A stretch of DNA of 64,000 nucleotides, taken from contig CAXMWX010000001.1 of NCBI GenBank assembly GCA_963422205.2, positions 96,001 through 160,000 on the forward strand, written 5' to 3'. The number at the start of each line of letters is the position of its first letter. The first letter of the stretch is position 1. The stretch is from Gammaproteobacteria bacterium (GTDB lineage: Bacteria; Pseudomonadota; Gammaproteobacteria; Eutrophobiales; Eutrophobiaceae). The notes under the pieces were generated by a model. That model was not told the DNA's origin. It worked only from the letters and a program-made list of their open reading frames with translations, and did no database searches. This document shows, one piece after another, positions 13,830 to 25,682 of this stretch. The translations under genes were made by a program, and so were the position numbers.

Positions 13830-14720
13830 ATGGGCATGCAGATAGACAAGCTGACGATTATCGGTGTCGGGCTGATTGGCGGCTCACTGGCGCGTGCCTT
13901 AAAGCGAGCCGCCGCCTGTGCCAGGGTCTGTGGCTACGATATCAATCCGGCCAGCCTGGATAAAGCCATGCAGCTTGGCGTCATTGATGAGGCCCATACG
14001 GATCTGCCAGCCGCCGCCGCCGGGGCCGATGTCATCGTGCTGGCGATACCACTGGCCGGTTACCGCCAGGCGTTACATGCCCTGTCAGGGGTGATAAACG
14101 AGCAGACCATCATTACCGATGTGGGCAGCGCCAAGGCCAGCGTCATTGCCGCAGCAAAGGCCGCGTTAGGCAAACAGATCAGCCATTTTGTCCCAGGGCA
14201 TCCGATTGCAGGACGTGAGACAAGCGGGGTGCAGGCAAGCGATGCCCGTTTGTTTTTTGAACACAAGGTGATTATCACCCCGATCGCTGAAACCTCACAG
14301 AAGGCAAAGACCTGCATCGCCGCCCTCTGGCGGCAGGCCGGGGCCAGCGTGCTGGAATTGACCGTCGAGCATCATGATGAAGTGCTTGCCGCCACCAGCC
14401 ATCTGCCACACATGCTCGCCTATGCGCTGGTGGATTGTCTGTCCAGTATGCAGGATGAGCGCGAGGTCTTTGCCTATGCGGCCGGTGGTTTTGCCGATTT
14501 CAGCCGCATCGCCTCCAGTGATCCCCAGATGTGGCATGATGTCTGCTTGGCCAATCGCAGGCCCCTGCTGGCCGCCCTGACCGCCTTTGAACGGCACCTT
14601 GCCCATATCAAAGTCGCCATCGAAAATAACGACAGCCAGGCCCTGCTGAGGCTGTTCACATGTGCCAAGCAGACCCGCGATCACTATGCCGCTACCGGTG
14701 ATCTGTCAGGTGCAGCATAG
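13830..14720 (+). CDS. tyrA: Prephenate/cyclohexadienyl dehydrogenase
   Basis: GVGLIGGS Rossmann motif, TDVGSAK, GHPIAG, HDEVLAATSHLPH, GGFADFSRIASS. Confidence 0.95.
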   Translation: MGMQIDKLTIIGVGLIGGSLARALKRAAACARVCGYDINPASLDKAMQLGVIDEAHTDLPAAAAGADVIVLAIPLAGYRQALHALSGVINEQTIITDVGSAKASVIAAAKAALGKQISHFVPGHPIAGRETSGVQASDARLFFEHKVIITPIAETSQKAKTCIAALWRQAGASVLELTVEHHDEVLAATSHLPHMLAYALVDCLSSMQDEREVFAYAAGGFADFSRIASSDPQMWHDVCLANRRPLLAALTAFERHLAHIKVAIENNDSQALLRLFTCAKQTRDHYAATGDLSGAA

Positions 14721-14732
14721 CGGGCCGGCCAA

Positions 14733-16094
14733 ATGGATGACCAGACCGACAGCCAGGCAGATAACCCGGCGGATGATCCACACCGAATAGATTATTGCAT
14801 CCGGCCGAATCATACCGGCCTGTCCGGCGAGCTGACCGTGCCGGGCGATAAGTCCATCAGCCATCGTGCCCTTCTGCTGGCGGCACTGGCAGTGGGTACG
14901 AGTGAGATACACGGCTGCCTTGACAGTGCCGATACCCGTGCCACCATGCAGGCGCTTGAGCAAATGGGCGTTGCGATAACACAAACGGATGCCGGTATTT
15001 GCATGGCGGGGGTGGGGAAGGCCGGCTTGCAGTCGCCGGGTCAGCCTTTGGATTGTGGCAATTCCGGCACCCTGGTACGGCTGCTGTCGGGCATCCTGGC
15101 GGCACAGACGTTTGATACTGCGCTGATCGGCGATGCTTCACTGATGCAGCGGCCCATGCGCCGGATCACCGAGCCGCTTGAGCGCATGGGGGCGGTCATT
15201 ACCACGACCGAGGCCGGCACCCTGCCCATGCACATCCGGGGCGGCCGGCCCCTGCATGGCATAACCTATGAATTGCCGGTGGCCAGCGCCCAGCTTAAAT
15301 CGGCCATCCTGCTGGCCGGCCTGTATGCCCGTGGCGAGACCACGGTGCACCAGCCGCTTATCACCCGTGATCATACGGAGCGCATGTTGATCGCTTTCGG
15401 TGCCGATCTGCGCTGTGATGGAGAGCGTATTACCGTGTCGGCTTCAGACTTGCAGGCAAGCCCGGTTAAGGTGCCGGCGGATATCTCATCGGCGGCGTTT
15501 TTTCTGGTGGCGGCCAGTATCACGCCGGGGGCGGATATCACGCTTAACAATGTCGGCATGAACCCCACCCGCCATGCCATCGTTGGCCTGTTACAGGCGA
15601 TGGGCGCGGACATAACGATCAAGCGGCGAGATAGCCCGGCGGGTGCTGAGCCCATCGCTGATTTACGGGTGCGCCACAGTCGCTTAACCGGGATTACCAT
15701 TCCCCCGGCAGCCGTGCCGGTTGCGATTGATGAGTTGCCCGTGCTGATGATTGCCGCCGCGGTGGCTGAGGGCGAGACATGCCTGCGCGGTGCTGGGGAA
15801 TTGCGGGTGAAAGAGAGCGATCGTATCGCTGTCATGGTGGCCGGGCTACGGCAGCTGGGCATAGCGGTGGAGGAGTTCGCTGATGGGATGCAGGTAGCCG
15901 GTGCGGCCTTTACTGGCGGTGAGGTGGACAGTGGTGCTGATCACCGCATCGCCATGGCATTTAGCATCGCCGGTCTGGTGGCCGCCGGCCCGGTGGTGGT
16001 GCAGGACTGTGCCAATGTCGCAACATCCTTCCCCGGTTTTACCGACTGTCTGGGGCAGTTAGGTGCTGATATATCGGTTATGCAACATGGCTAA
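14733..16094 (+). CDS. aroA: EPSP synthase, class II-like
   Basis: PGDKSISHR, DCGNSGT, ASAQLKSA, RDHTERML, ELRVKESDRI, DHRIAM. Confidence 0.98.
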   Translation: MDDQTDSQADNPADDPHRIDYCIRPNHTGLSGELTVPGDKSISHRALLLAALAVGTSEIHGCLDSADTRATMQALEQMGVAITQTDAGICMAGVGKAGLQSPGQPLDCGNSGTLVRLLSGILAAQTFDTALIGDASLMQRPMRRITEPLERMGAVITTTEAGTLPMHIRGGRPLHGITYELPVASAQLKSAILLAGLYARGETTVHQPLITRDHTERMLIAFGADLRCDGERITVSASDLQASPVKVPADISSAAFFLVAASITPGADITLNNVGMNPTRHAIVGLLQAMGADITIKRRDSPAGAEPIADLRVRHSRLTGITIPPAAVPVAIDELPVLMIAAAVAEGETCLRGAGELRVKESDRIAVMVAGLRQLGIAVEEFADGMQVAGAAFTGGEVDSGADHRIAMAFSIAGLVAAGPVVVQDCANVATSFPGFTDCLGQLGADISVMQHG

Positions 16095-16767
16095 GGCGCA
16101 TGTTATCTGCATAGACGGGCCGGGCGGGACGGGCAAGGGCACCCTGGCGCTGGCCCTGGCGCATCGCCTGGGCTGGCATTTGCTGGATAGCGGCGCCTTA
16201 TACCGCATTCTTGCCCATGTCGCCAGTACCCGGCACCTGGCCCTGACCGAGAGCCGCAAGATAGCTGTGCTGTCGGCCGGGTTGGATGTCAGCTTTCAGA
16301 TCAGTACCGAACAAGAGCAGGTTGCGGTCTGGCTGGCCGATGTGGACATCAGCGATGCCATCCGCAGCGAGGAGTGCGGCAATGCAGCATCCGTGATCGC
16401 CGCTTCCGCCGTGGTGCGTACGGCCATCTTGCAGTGGCAGCGGGATTTTCGCCAGCCGCCCGGTCTGGTGGCCGATGGTCGGGATATGGGCAGCGTGGTA
16501 TTTCCCGATGCGGTGCTGAAAATTTATTTGACGGCCAGCCCGGATGAGCGTGTGAAAAGGCGGCATAAACAGTTGAATGCTAAAGGAATTGGTGTTACTC
16601 TCCCACGCCTTTCGGCGGGCTTGAGCGAACGGGATGACAGAGACAGGCAGCGCACGGCTTCACCCTTAATGCGTGCAGAGGATGCGATTGTCATTGACAC
16701 CACGGCTTGCAGTCGGGAGGCAGTATTTCAGCGGGCCTGGGAATTATATCAGCAAAAAACCGGCTGA
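16087..16767 (+). CDS. cmk: Cytidylate kinase
   Basis: IDGPGGTGKGT P-loop, LDSGALYR, DGRDMGSVVFPDA. Confidence 0.97.
   Translation: MAKAHVICIDGPGGTGKGTLALALAHRLGWHLLDSGALYRILAHVASTRHLALTESRKIAVLSAGLDVSFQISTEQEQVAVWLADVDISDAIRSEECGNAASVIAASAVVRTAILQWQRDFRQPPGLVADGRDMGSVVFPDAVLKIYLTASPDERVKRRHKQLNAKGIGVTLPRLSAGLSERDDRDRQRTASPLMRAEDAIVIDTTACSREAVFQRAWELYQQKTG
16573..16601 (+). promoter_or_regulatory. Putative rpsA promoter inside the 3' end of cmk
   Basis: TTGAAT-17 bp-TACTCT with an extended TG. The position is equivalent to the known cmk-internal rpsA promoter of E. coli. Confidence 0.55.
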
Positions 16768-16840
16768 CAGGATAAGCCCCTGTTTGCCGTGATGCGTTGA
16801 AATGACAGATTTTTTCATTTTACTTTTGAGGTAGTGGAGT

Positions 16841-18514
16841 TTGGTAACTGAGAGTTTTGCGGAGTTGTTTGAACAAAGCCAGATTGAGGCCAAGATGCAG
16901 CCCGGATCGATAGTCACGGGCACGGTGGTGGAGGTCCGTCAGGACACGGTCATCGTCAATGCGGGCTTGAAATCGGAGGCTTGGATCCCGGCAAGCCAGT
17001 TCTATGATGAGAAGGGCGAGCTTGAGGTCAGCATCGGTGATGAGGTGGATGTGGCGCTGGATACCGTGGAAGATGGTTACGGGGAAACCCGTCTGTCACG
17101 AGAGAAAGCCAAACGCTTAATCGCCTGGGATAAGCTGGAGAAGGCCAATGAGGCCAATGAGACAGTGACGGGCGTCATTACCGAACGGGTGAAGGGCGGT
17201 TTTACGGTGGATGTTGAAAACGTCCGTGCTTTTCTGCCCGGCTCGCTGGTTGATGTCCGCCCGGTGAAGGATACGGCGTACTTGGAGGGCAAGCCGCTTG
17301 AATTTAAGGTCATTAAAATTGACAGGAAACGCAGCAATGTGGTGGTTTCCCGGCGGGCGGTGGTGGAAAAAGAGAACACGGCAGAGCGCCAGGCCCTGCT
17401 GGATAAACTGACCGAGGGAGTCAATGTCACGGGCGTGGTAAAAAATCTGACGGAGTACGGCGCCTTTCTTGATCTGGGCGGTATTGATGGCCTGCTGCAT
17501 ATCACCGATATGGCCTGGAAGCGGGTGAAGGACCCGGCGGAGATCGTCAGCATCGGCGATGAGATAGAGGTCAAGGTGTTGAAGTTTGATCGGGAGCGCA
17601 ACCGGGTTTCACTGGGGCTGAAACAGACCGGCGATGATCCCTGGAATGATCTGACCCGGCGTTTCCCGGAAGGCACCAGGCTGCACGGCCGGGTGACCAA
17701 CCTGGCGGATTATGGCTGTTTTGTTGAGCTGGAAGAGGGGGTTGAAGGGCTGGTGCATGTCTCGGAGATGGACTGGACGAATAAAAACGTGCATCCATCC
17801 AAGCTGATGCACATCGGCGATGAGGTCGAGGTGGTTATTCTCGACATCGATCAGGAACGCCGCCGTATCTCGCTGGGCATGAAGCAGTGCCAACCGAATC
17901 CCTGGGAGGAGTTTGCGGCGGTTCACAACAAGAACGATCGGGTCTCAGGCCAGATTAAGTCCATCACGGATTTCGGTATTTTTATCGGCTTGCAGGGGGG
18001 CATAGACGGCCTGGTGCATCTGTCTGATGTGTCCTGGACGGACGATAGCGAGACAGTGCGGCGTAACTTCAAGAAGGGAGATCAGATAGAGACCATGGTG
18101 CTGGCGGTTGATGCTGAGCGGGAGCGCATCTCATTAGGGATAAAACAACTGGGCAAGGATCCATTCTCCAGCTATGTCGCTGAACATCCCAAGGGCTCCA
18201 TCGTCAAGGCGGTGGTGCTGGAGGTTGAACAGCGCACGGCACGGGTGCAACTTGCCGAGGATGTTGAGGCAAGCCTGAAGGCCGCCGAGTTGTCCAATGA
18301 TGAGAAAATCAACGATGCCAGAATGGTTGTCAAGCAGGGGCAGGAGCTGGATGTGAAGATCATGATGGTAGACAGAAAAAAACGCCTCATTTCGGTGTCG
18401 GTGCGGGCAAAGCAGTCGGATGAGGAATCCGCTGCCGTGAAAGAATACTCACCGGAGGTGTCAGGCGGGGCAAAATTGGGTGATTTGCTAAAAGAACAAC
18501 TTGATAACAGTTGA
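16841..18514 (+). CDS. rpsA: 30S ribosomal protein S1
   Basis: ESFAELFE and six S1 repeats ([34 protein letters not shown]). TTG start. Confidence 0.99.
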   Translation: MVTESFAELFEQSQIEAKMQPGSIVTGTVVEVRQDTVIVNAGLKSEAWIPASQFYDEKGELEVSIGDEVDVALDTVEDGYGETRLSREKAKRLIAWDKLEKANEANETVTGVITERVKGGFTVDVENVRAFLPGSLVDVRPVKDTAYLEGKPLEFKVIKIDRKRSNVVVSRRAVVEKENTAERQALLDKLTEGVNVTGVVKNLTEYGAFLDLGGIDGLLHITDMAWKRVKDPAEIVSIGDEIEVKVLKFDRERNRVSLGLKQTGDDPWNDLTRRFPEGTRLHGRVTNLADYGCFVELEEGVEGLVHVSEMDWTNKNVHPSKLMHIGDEVEVVILDIDQERRRISLGMKQCQPNPWEEFAAVHNKNDRVSGQIKSITDFGIFIGLQGGIDGLVHLSDVSWTDDSETVRRNFKKGDQIETMVLAVDAERERISLGIKQLGKDPFSSYVAEHPKGSIVKAVVLEVEQRTARVQLAEDVEASLKAAELSNDEKINDARMVVKQGQELDVKIMMVDRKKRLISVSVRAKQSDEESAAVKEYSPEVSGGAKLGDLLKEQLDNS

Positions 18515-18596
18515 CAGTGTAGCGATTGTGGGCGATCCGGTCAGTTATTGATATATAATTGATTTTACAGCGATTATGAGATGCAGGGTAACAGCC

Positions 18597-18971
18597 ATGA
18601 CGAAATCTGAGTTAATAGAATCGCTATCAAGACGGCAGTCACAGCTGGCTTCAAAAGATGTTGAACTGGCGGTCAAGACGATTCTCGAACACATGGCGCA
18701 GACCCTGTCCAATGGCGAGCGGATCGAAATCAGGGGATTCGGCAGTTTCTCCCTGCATTACCGCCCGCCACGGGTAGGCCGTAACCCGAAATCCGGCACG
18801 CCTGTCTCGTTGCCTGCCAAGTATGTGCCGCATTTCAAACCGGGCAAGCACATGCGTGAACGAGTCGATCAATCCAAGCTCAACTCACCTATCATCCCCC
18901 ATCAGGATGATCCCCACCAGAACACCGCTTACCGGAATCATCCCCGGAATAACCCCCAGAATAAAAATTAG
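18597..18971 (+). CDS. ihfB: Integration host factor beta subunit with a repeat-derived C-terminal tail
   Basis: [33 protein letters not shown]; follows rpsA. Confidence 0.97.
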   Translation: MTKSELIESLSRRQSQLASKDVELAVKTILEHMAQTLSNGERIEIRGFGSFSLHYRPPRVGRNPKSGTPVSLPAKYVPHFKPGKHMRERVDQSKLNSPIIPHQDDPHQNTAYRNHPRNNPQNKN

Positions 18972-19150
18972 TCGCTCCATTCGCCCCTGCGATTACTCCT
19001 GGCAATGTGCGGATTTTAAGGCGGGCAGGCAGGCCGCTTGCATTGCTGTGGCCAATGGCGTTCGCAAGGCCAGCGGGTGCATCACACCGAGGTTAGCGGT
19101 AATATGACTTATCGTGCAGACTCATTCACTCATTCCACTGGAGAGGGCAG

Positions 19151-19459
19151 ATGTCCAGGATCATCACCATCCTTACATTAATCATCGTCATCATTGCGGG
19201 TTTGGCCTTACACTTGCGAAATAATCAGCCAGTCGTCCTGGATTATTACCTGAATACACAGGAGTTGTCTTTGTCATTGGTCATCGTCGGCGCCGTGTTT
19301 TTCGGTGCGCTGCTTGGCATACTGGCTAGCCTGCCGATCATCATCAAATTAAAGCACGCCAATATCCGCCTGGGTAGACAAGCCAGACTCACGGGGGAAG
19401 AATTGAACAACCTCAGGGCCTTGCCCATCAGCGACAGACCGGCCAGGAACACAGGTTAA
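19151..19459 (+). CDS. lapA: LPS assembly protein A
   Basis: Two TM helices, NNQPVVLDY and a basic coiled tail; lies between ihfB and lapB. Confidence 0.85.
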   Translation: MSRIITILTLIIVIIAGLALHLRNNQPVVLDYYLNTQELSLSLVIVGAVFFGALLGILASLPIIIKLKHANIRLGRQARLTGEELNNLRALPISDRPARNTG

Positions 19460-20646
19460 TGGATGTCTACTGGTGTTATGCCCTGCTGGCATTAATGCCG
19501 GTTGCCGCCTGGTCAGGCTGGCTTGCTGCACGTAACAACACACATCGCTTTGAGCATGAAAACGCCATTCACCCGGATTACCTTAAAGGCTTGAATTATG
19601 TGCTGAATGAGCAGCCGGACAAGGCCATAGAAGTCTTTATCAAGATGGTTGAGATTGATGCACAAACGATAGAGACGCACCTGGCCCTGGGTAATTTGTT
19701 CCGCCGTCGGGGTGAGGTAGACCGGGCCATACGTATCCACCAGAATCTCATCGCCCGGCCGACATTAACGGGCACGCAACGGCAGTTGGCCGTGTTGGAA
19801 CTGGCCATGGACTACATGCGCTCCGGTTTGCTGGATCGGGCTGAGGGCTTGTTTAATGAGCTGTTGGAGTTCAATGGCTATACCGACTGGGGCTATACCG
19901 ACCGGGCACTGGAAGGCTTGTTAGCGATCTATCAACAGGAGCAGGAGTGGCAGAAAGCCATCCTCGTTGCCAGACGCCTGCAATCCGGCACGGTCGGCTC
20001 ATACAATGCCATCATTGCCCAGTTCTACTGTGAACAGGCAGAGCAGTTGACCACGGCAGGGCAGATGAGGGAGGCAAAAGACATGCTGAAACATGCCTTG
20101 AATACCGACCCCGGTTGTGTGAGGGCAAGCCTGATGGAAGGGTACGCCGCCGAGCAGAAAGGCAACATCAGCCAGGCGATCAAGGCTTACCGGCGGGTGG
20201 AAAAACAGGCACCGGATTATCTGGGCGAAATCATTGAACCATTGTATCGCTGTTATCAGCAACTGGGTAAGCCGGCCGAGTTCAAAGGCTATGTAGAGGG
20301 CTTGTATCGCCGCCATGGTGCAGACCCTCTGTTGCTGGCATTAACGCAGTTATATGATGAGCTTGATGGCGAGCAGCCGGCGCTGGAATTTATCTCAGCT
20401 GAGTTGGCGACACGTCCGACTGTCGCTGGTGTCGACCGGCTGCTGGGGTATATCATCAAGGCATCGGAGGGGGTCGGCCGGCGCAATCTGGAGACGATAA
20501 AAAAACTCACCGGCCACCTGCTCAGTCACCGCCCCTTATACCAGTGCAGCCGTTGTGGCTTTGATATGAAGGTGTTGCATTGGCACTGCCCCGGCTGCAA
20601 GCACTGGAATACGATAAAGCCGATACCGGAGATGGCCTGTGGCTGA
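19459..20646 (+). CDS. lapB: LPS assembly protein B (TPR repeats plus rubredoxin domain)
   Basis: [37 protein letters not shown]-terminal CSRCGF...WHCPGCKHW. Confidence 0.97.
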   Translation: MDVYWCYALLALMPVAAWSGWLAARNNTHRFEHENAIHPDYLKGLNYVLNEQPDKAIEVFIKMVEIDAQTIETHLALGNLFRRRGEVDRAIRIHQNLIARPTLTGTQRQLAVLELAMDYMRSGLLDRAEGLFNELLEFNGYTDWGYTDRALEGLLAIYQQEQEWQKAILVARRLQSGTVGSYNAIIAQFYCEQAEQLTTAGQMREAKDMLKHALNTDPGCVRASLMEGYAAEQKGNISQAIKAYRRVEKQAPDYLGEIIEPLYRCYQQLGKPAEFKGYVEGLYRRHGADPLLLALTQLYDELDGEQPALEFISAELATRPTVAGVDRLLGYIIKASEGVGRRNLETIKKLTGHLLSHRPLYQCSRCGFDMKVLHWHCPGCKHWNTIKPIPEMACG

Positions 20647-21346
20647 TGCCAGAGTCATCGTGGCCCTGGATCTTCCTGATGCGGCTACGGCATTGCAGTT
20701 TGCCGACCGGCTGGCGCCGGAAAAATGCCGGCTTAAAGTTGGTAAGGCCCTGTTTACTCAGGCTGGCCCGGATATCGTTAAGTGCCTGGTGGATAAGGGG
20801 TTTGATGTCTTTCTGGATCTGAAATACCACGATATTCCGAACACGGTGGCGGCGGCTTGCCGGGCGGCGGCTGATTTGGGTGTGTGGATGCTGAACGTCC
20901 ATGCCGCCGGGGGTAGGGACATGCTGCTCGCTGCACATGAGGCCGTGGGCGATCAAACACCGCTACTGATCGGGGTGACTGTCTTGACCAGCCTGCATGA
21001 TGATGATCTGCAAGCGATCGGGTTTGCCGGGGACAGTGCCGAGCAGGTCGTCAGGCTGGCGGGGTTGTGTGCCGAAGCAGGCTTGCAGGGTGTGGTGGCA
21101 TCTGCTCAGGAGAGCGCCAGGCTAAGGCAGCATTTCCCGCGGGATTTTATGCTGGTGACGCCGGGGATCCGGCCGGCGGGCAGCGGGGCGGATGATCAGG
21201 CCCGGACCATGACGCCCACCGAGGCCATTCGTGCGGGCAGTGATTATCTTGTGATGGGCAGGCCGATCACCCGGGCCGCCGACCCGGTAGCGGTGCTTGA
21301 TGAGATAAATCAGGCGCTGCATCAGGCCATTAGCCCAAACCATTAA
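20639..21346 (+). CDS. pyrF: Orotidine-5'-phosphate decarboxylase
   Basis: [37 protein letters not shown]. Confidence 0.98.
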   Translation: MADARVIVALDLPDAATALQFADRLAPEKCRLKVGKALFTQAGPDIVKCLVDKGFDVFLDLKYHDIPNTVAAACRAAADLGVWMLNVHAAGGRDMLLAAHEAVGDQTPLLIGVTVLTSLHDDDLQAIGFAGDSAEQVVRLAGLCAEAGLQGVVASAQESARLRQHFPRDFMLVTPGIRPAGSGADDQARTMTPTEAIRAGSDYLVMGRPITRAADPVAVLDEINQALHQAISPNH

Positions 21347-21405
21347 CCCGGCATCCACTTGAAACCTGCGTTTATCATCCTTAAGGCCGCCGTGTTGTTC
21401 TCACC

Positions 21406-24400
21406 GTGAGGAACTATCAAAGCCCGTTACAGCCAGTCTTGCCGGAACGGCCTGGCCGGAGAGGCAACTGGGGACGTTTGCAGGGATGCAGCAAGGCGCT
21501 GGCCGTATCATCGGCGGCCAGGCAGGCGGACACCTTGCTCGTGTTGCTGACCTGCAATCCGGGTGATGCGATCAAATTTACTGAGGAGCTCGGTTTTTTC
21601 CTTAAAGGTGAGCCGGATATTCCGGTGCTGTCATTTCCTGATTGGGAAACCCTGCCCTATGATAATTTCTCGCCCCATCAGGATATTATTTCTGAGCGGC
21701 TGGCAACCTTGACCGCCCTGCCAACTGTGGCCTGTGCAATCTTGATCGTGCCTGTCTCAACGCTGATGCACAGATTGCTGCCGGTCGATTATCTCAAGGC
21801 CAACAGTATGCAGCTTGCCGTGGGCGAGCGGCTTGTGCCGGCAGATTTCCGGGCGAGGCTTGGCCGTTACGGCTACCGCCACGTTGAGCAGGTGATGGAG
21901 CACGGTGATATGGCCGTGCGCGGTTCGATCATGGATCTGTTTCCCATGGGTTCAACCCATCCCTTCAGGATAGATCTTTTTGACACGGAAATTGACAGTA
22001 TCCGGCTGTTTGATGTCGAGACCCAGCGCTCGCTGGAGATGGTCGATGGCATCAACATACTGCCGGCAAGGGAGACGCCGCTGACCCCGGCGCATATTGA
22101 AACATTCAGACAAAGCTGGCGCACTTGTTTTTCCGGCAATCCGAATGATTGTGAGATGTATGCCGATGTCAGCCAGGCCATCGCCCCGGCGGGCATTGAG
22201 TATTACCTGCCGTTTTTTTATGACCAGACCAGTCTGTTTTTTGATTATATTGCCGAGGATGCACTGCTGGTTCTGGATGAGGGAGTTGATGAGGCGGCAG
22301 AGGATTTCTGGGAGGTGGTGGAGATGCGTTATGCCCAGGCGAAAGATAATCCCGCCCGGCCAATCCTTACACCGGAGGCGATGTTTATCCGGCCGGATAC
22401 CCTGTTTTCCGGTATTAACGACTTTGCGGTGGTGCAGATGAGGGCATCACACTGTGCCGAGGCCGCTGCCGGTGTCAACTATGCCAGCCGGCTGCCGGTC
22501 AAGCTGCCGGTGGATGCCAGGGCGAGTGCGCCGTTTGCTCTGTTTAATCAGTTCATGGCAGATTTTGCCGGCCGGATTTTGTTGATAGCCGAGACCGCCG
22601 GTCGTCGGGAGACGCTGCTGGAGTTGCTGGCAAGACAGGGCTGGCGAGCCGATGTGGTGGATGACTGGCAGAGTTTTCTCAGCACTGATTGCCGCTTTGC
22701 GCTGACCGTTGCACCGTTGGAGTTGGGCGTACAACTGGATGCACCTGCTATCGCAATCATCACGGAATCGCAGTTGTTTGGAGAACGTGTCAGCCAGCGG
22801 CGCCTGCGTAAGCGTAACCAGCAGCAGACAGAGGCCATCGTTAAAAATCTGACCGAGATCTCCATCGGCTCGCCAGTTGTGCATAGTGAACACGGGGTAG
22901 GGCGTTATCTTGGCTTGAAGACATTGGAGATAAACGGTGTCATGGGCGAGTTTATCCAGCTTGAATATGATCAGGGAGATAAGCTGTATGTCCCGGTATC
23001 TGCGCTGGATTTGATCAGCCGTTTTACCGGCACAGCACCGGAGCATGCACCATTACACCGGTTAGGCAGCGGGCGATGGCAGAAAGTACGCAAAAAAGCC
23101 GCACAAAAAGCCTACGATGTGGCCGCGGAGTTACTGGCAATGCATGCCCGAAGAGCCGCACGTCAAGGGTATGCTTTTGAGATTAACAACGATTTGTATC
23201 AGGGCTTTGCCCAGGGTTTCCCGTTTGAAGAGACGCCCGGGCAAGTGGAGGCAATCAGCAGCGTGTTGGATGATATGCAGAGCAGCACACCTATGGATCG
23301 ATTGATATGTGGCGATGCCGGTTTTGGCAAGACCGAAGTCGCCATGCGGGCGGCCTTTATCGCCGTGCAAAATAATAAACAGGTGGCCTTGCTGGTGCCC
23401 ACCACGCTGCTGGCACAGCAACACCATCAGAATTTCTCTGATCGATTTGCTGACTGGCCGGTGCGGATTGAGGTGTTATCACGTTTTGTCAGTCGCAAAC
23501 AACAGCATGACGTGTTGGCGGCGCTGGGACAGGGGCGGGTGGATATTATTATTGGCACACATAAATTACTGCAAGATGCCGTGTCTTTTAAGCATCTGGG
23601 TTTGCTTATCATCGATGAGGAGCATCGTTTTGGCGTCAGGCAAAAAGAAAAATTCAAGGCCCTGCGCGCCGAGGTTGATGTGCTGACATTGACCGCTACG
23701 CCCATTCCGCGCACGCTCAATATGGCCTTATCCGAATTACGCTCGCTGTCCATTATCGCTACGCCACCATCGCGCCGCCTGGCGGTCAAGACATTCGTCA
23801 GTCAATGGACAGTTGCGCTGTTAAAAGAGGCGCTGTTGCGTGAAATAAAACGGGGCGGGCAGGTCTATTTTCTACACAACAACGTGGAGTCCATTGATGC
23901 CACGGCAGAGCAGGTCGCCCGCTTGATTCCTGAGGCCAGGGTGCGTACCGCCCACGGGCAAATGCCAGAGCGGGACCTGGAGCAGGTGATGCAGGATTTC
24001 TATCATCGGCGTTTTAATGTGCTGGTTTGCACCACTATCATTGAGACCGGCATTGACGTGCCGAATGCAAATACGATGATTATCAACCGGGCGGATAAAT
24101 TCGGGCTGGCGCAATTATATCAACTCAGGGGGCGGGTCGGGCGCTCGCATCACCGGGCTTATGCGTATTTGATCGTGCCGGATAAAAGGGCGCTCAGTCA
24201 GGATGCGGCAAAACGACTACAGGCGATTGAGTCGCTGGAGGAACTGGGGGTGGGTTTCACCCTGGCAACGCACGATCTGGAAATACGAGGTGCTGGTGAG
24301 CTGCTGGGTGAAGAGCAAAGCGGCCAGATTCAGGAGGTCGGTTTTGGCATGTACATGGATTTGCTCACCCGTGCGGTGAACTCATTACGGGCCGGGCAGC

Positions 24401-24876
24401 AGCCGGAGCTTGACCGGCCCCTGGATGATGGAGTTGAAGTCGATTTGCACGTCCCGGCGCTGATCCCGGCAGATTATATTGCCGATATTCATACCCGCCT
24501 GATGATGTACAAGCGTATCGCCAGCGCCGACAGCGAGCAGGAGTTGACCGAATTAAAAGAGGAGTTCATCGACAGATTTGGTATCCTGCCCGATGCCTTC
24601 AAGAATCTCTTGCAGGCGACTGCCTTAAAATTACAGGCTCGCCCCCTGGGGATCAGGAAGATTGATATGGGAGAGAATGGTGGACGTATCTGGTTTCATG
24701 CACATACGCCTGTTGCACCAGCGGCCATTGTTGAACTCATCTCGGCCGGTGCCGACAAATACCGGCTGGATGGTGCTGACAAGCTCAGGATATTAAAGCA
24801 AACAGAGAATGTGCAGCAACGCATTGACAGCATCGGTGAATTTATCCATGCGCTTCACATGAAGAATGCCGCATGA
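21406..24876 (+). CDS. mfd: Transcription-repair coupling factor
   Basis: FPDWETLPYD, GDAGFGKTEVAMRA, DEEHRFG, TATPIPRT, QLRGRVGR and a C-terminal TRCF domain. Confidence 0.98.
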   Translation: MRNYQSPLQPVLPERPGRRGNWGRLQGCSKALAVSSAARQADTLLVLLTCNPGDAIKFTEELGFFLKGEPDIPVLSFPDWETLPYDNFSPHQDIISERLATLTALPTVACAILIVPVSTLMHRLLPVDYLKANSMQLAVGERLVPADFRARLGRYGYRHVEQVMEHGDMAVRGSIMDLFPMGSTHPFRIDLFDTEIDSIRLFDVETQRSLEMVDGINILPARETPLTPAHIETFRQSWRTCFSGNPNDCEMYADVSQAIAPAGIEYYLPFFYDQTSLFFDYIAEDALLVLDEGVDEAAEDFWEVVEMRYAQAKDNPARPILTPEAMFIRPDTLFSGINDFAVVQMRASHCAEAAAGVNYASRLPVKLPVDARASAPFALFNQFMADFAGRILLIAETAGRRETLLELLARQGWRADVVDDWQSFLSTDCRFALTVAPLELGVQLDAPAIAIITESQLFGERVSQRRLRKRNQQQTEAIVKNLTEISIGSPVVHSEHGVGRYLGLKTLEINGVMGEFIQLEYDQGDKLYVPVSALDLISRFTGTAPEHAPLHRLGSGRWQKVRKKAAQKAYDVAAELLAMHARRAARQGYAFEINNDLYQGFAQGFPFEETPGQVEAISSVLDDMQSSTPMDRLICGDAGFGKTEVAMRAAFIAVQNNKQVALLVPTTLLAQQHHQNFSDRFADWPVRIEVLSRFVSRKQQHDVLAALGQGRVDIIIGTHKLLQDAVSFKHLGLLIIDEEHRFGVRQKEKFKALRAEVDVLTLTATPIPRTLNMALSELRSLSIIATPPSRRLAVKTFVSQWTVALLKEALLREIKRGGQVYFLHNNVESIDATAEQVARLIPEARVRTAHGQMPERDLEQVMQDFYHRRFNVLVCTTIIETGIDVPNANTMIINRADKFGLAQLYQLRGRVGRSHHRAYAYLIVPDKRALSQDAAKRLQAIESLEELGVGFTLATHDLEIRGAGELLGEEQSGQIQEVGFGMYMDLLTRAVNSLRAGQQPELDRPLDDGVEVDLHVPALIPADYIADIHTRLMMYKRIASADSEQELTELKEEFIDRFGILPDAFKNLLQATALKLQARPLGIRKIDMGENGGRIWFHAHTPVAPAAIVELISAGADKYRLDGADKLRILKQTENVQQRIDSIGEFIHALHMKNAA

Positions 24877-25625
24877 GATCAGGCCGCCTCATCCCCCTCG
24901 TCCTGGTGTGCCTGCTGCTGTGTTGTGGCCGCCTGCATGCCGCTTCCTGGTATCAGCTTGAGGTGATCGTCTTTGAGCATCTGCATGCTGATCATGACGG
25001 CGAGCTTTGGTATGACAATCCGGGCCTGCCTGATCGGTCTGGTGCCATACCGCTTGTCCATGAGTTCAGTGGCAAGAGTCCGCAGGCAACGACTGAGGCA
25101 GAGACGGGAGCGCTCATCCCGTATCAGGTGCTTGCCAGAGGGCATTATCGGCTTGCAGGTGTAGAGCGGGTGCTGAAGCTCTCACGTGATTATCGTCCCT
25201 TGCTGCACATTGCCTGGCAACAACCCGTGCTGCGTGCCCGTGCTGCCCGCGCCGTGTATCTTGCCAATACGCCGTTTGAAGAGAGGACAGCCACCGCCGC
25301 CAGGCAGGAGGGGGTGGCGGCATTTGATAATTCTGAGCGGCGCGATGCCGGGATGGTTTATGAGGGTATCATACGGTTGCGGAGTTCAAATTTACTCCAT
25401 GTTGAGGTGGATTTCAGTTTTGCCATCTCCCACTTTGCTGATGAACAACGACTGCCAGGCCAGGCGCCGGGCCAGTCACAAGGCCCGTCATTGTTCAACC
25501 AGCAATATGCCGATTATGCCAGGTTGACCGAGACCCGAAGAGTGAAGCTGAATGAGATACATTATTTTGATCACCCCCTGTTCGGGATCATCCTGCAAGT
25601 GAGCCGGTTTAAAAAAAACCCGTGA
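24873..25625 (+). CDS. csiV: CsiV-family periplasmic peptidoglycan-binding protein
   Basis: Signal peptide, WYQLEVIVF, YRPLLHIAWQQ and C-terminal EIHYFDHPLFG; follows mfd as in Vibrio and Pseudomonas. Confidence 0.8.
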   Translation: MRSGRLIPLVLVCLLLCCGRLHAASWYQLEVIVFEHLHADHDGELWYDNPGLPDRSGAIPLVHEFSGKSPQATTEAETGALIPYQVLARGHYRLAGVERVLKLSRDYRPLLHIAWQQPVLRARAARAVYLANTPFEERTATAARQEGVAAFDNSERRDAGMVYEGIIRLRSSNLLHVEVDFSFAISHFADEQRLPGQAPGQSQGPSLFNQQYADYARLTETRRVKLNEIHYFDHPLFGIILQVSRFKKNP

Positions 25626-25682
25626 GGGAATCGCCGCCCAGGCAGCATGAGGCCGGGCGCTGCCTGTGCCGATGGAGATGGT

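Noticed and set aside
18544-18566. IHF-box-like sequences upstream of ihfB
   Set aside because: Two WATCAA cores are present on the minus strand but neither has the TTR element; too weak to call.
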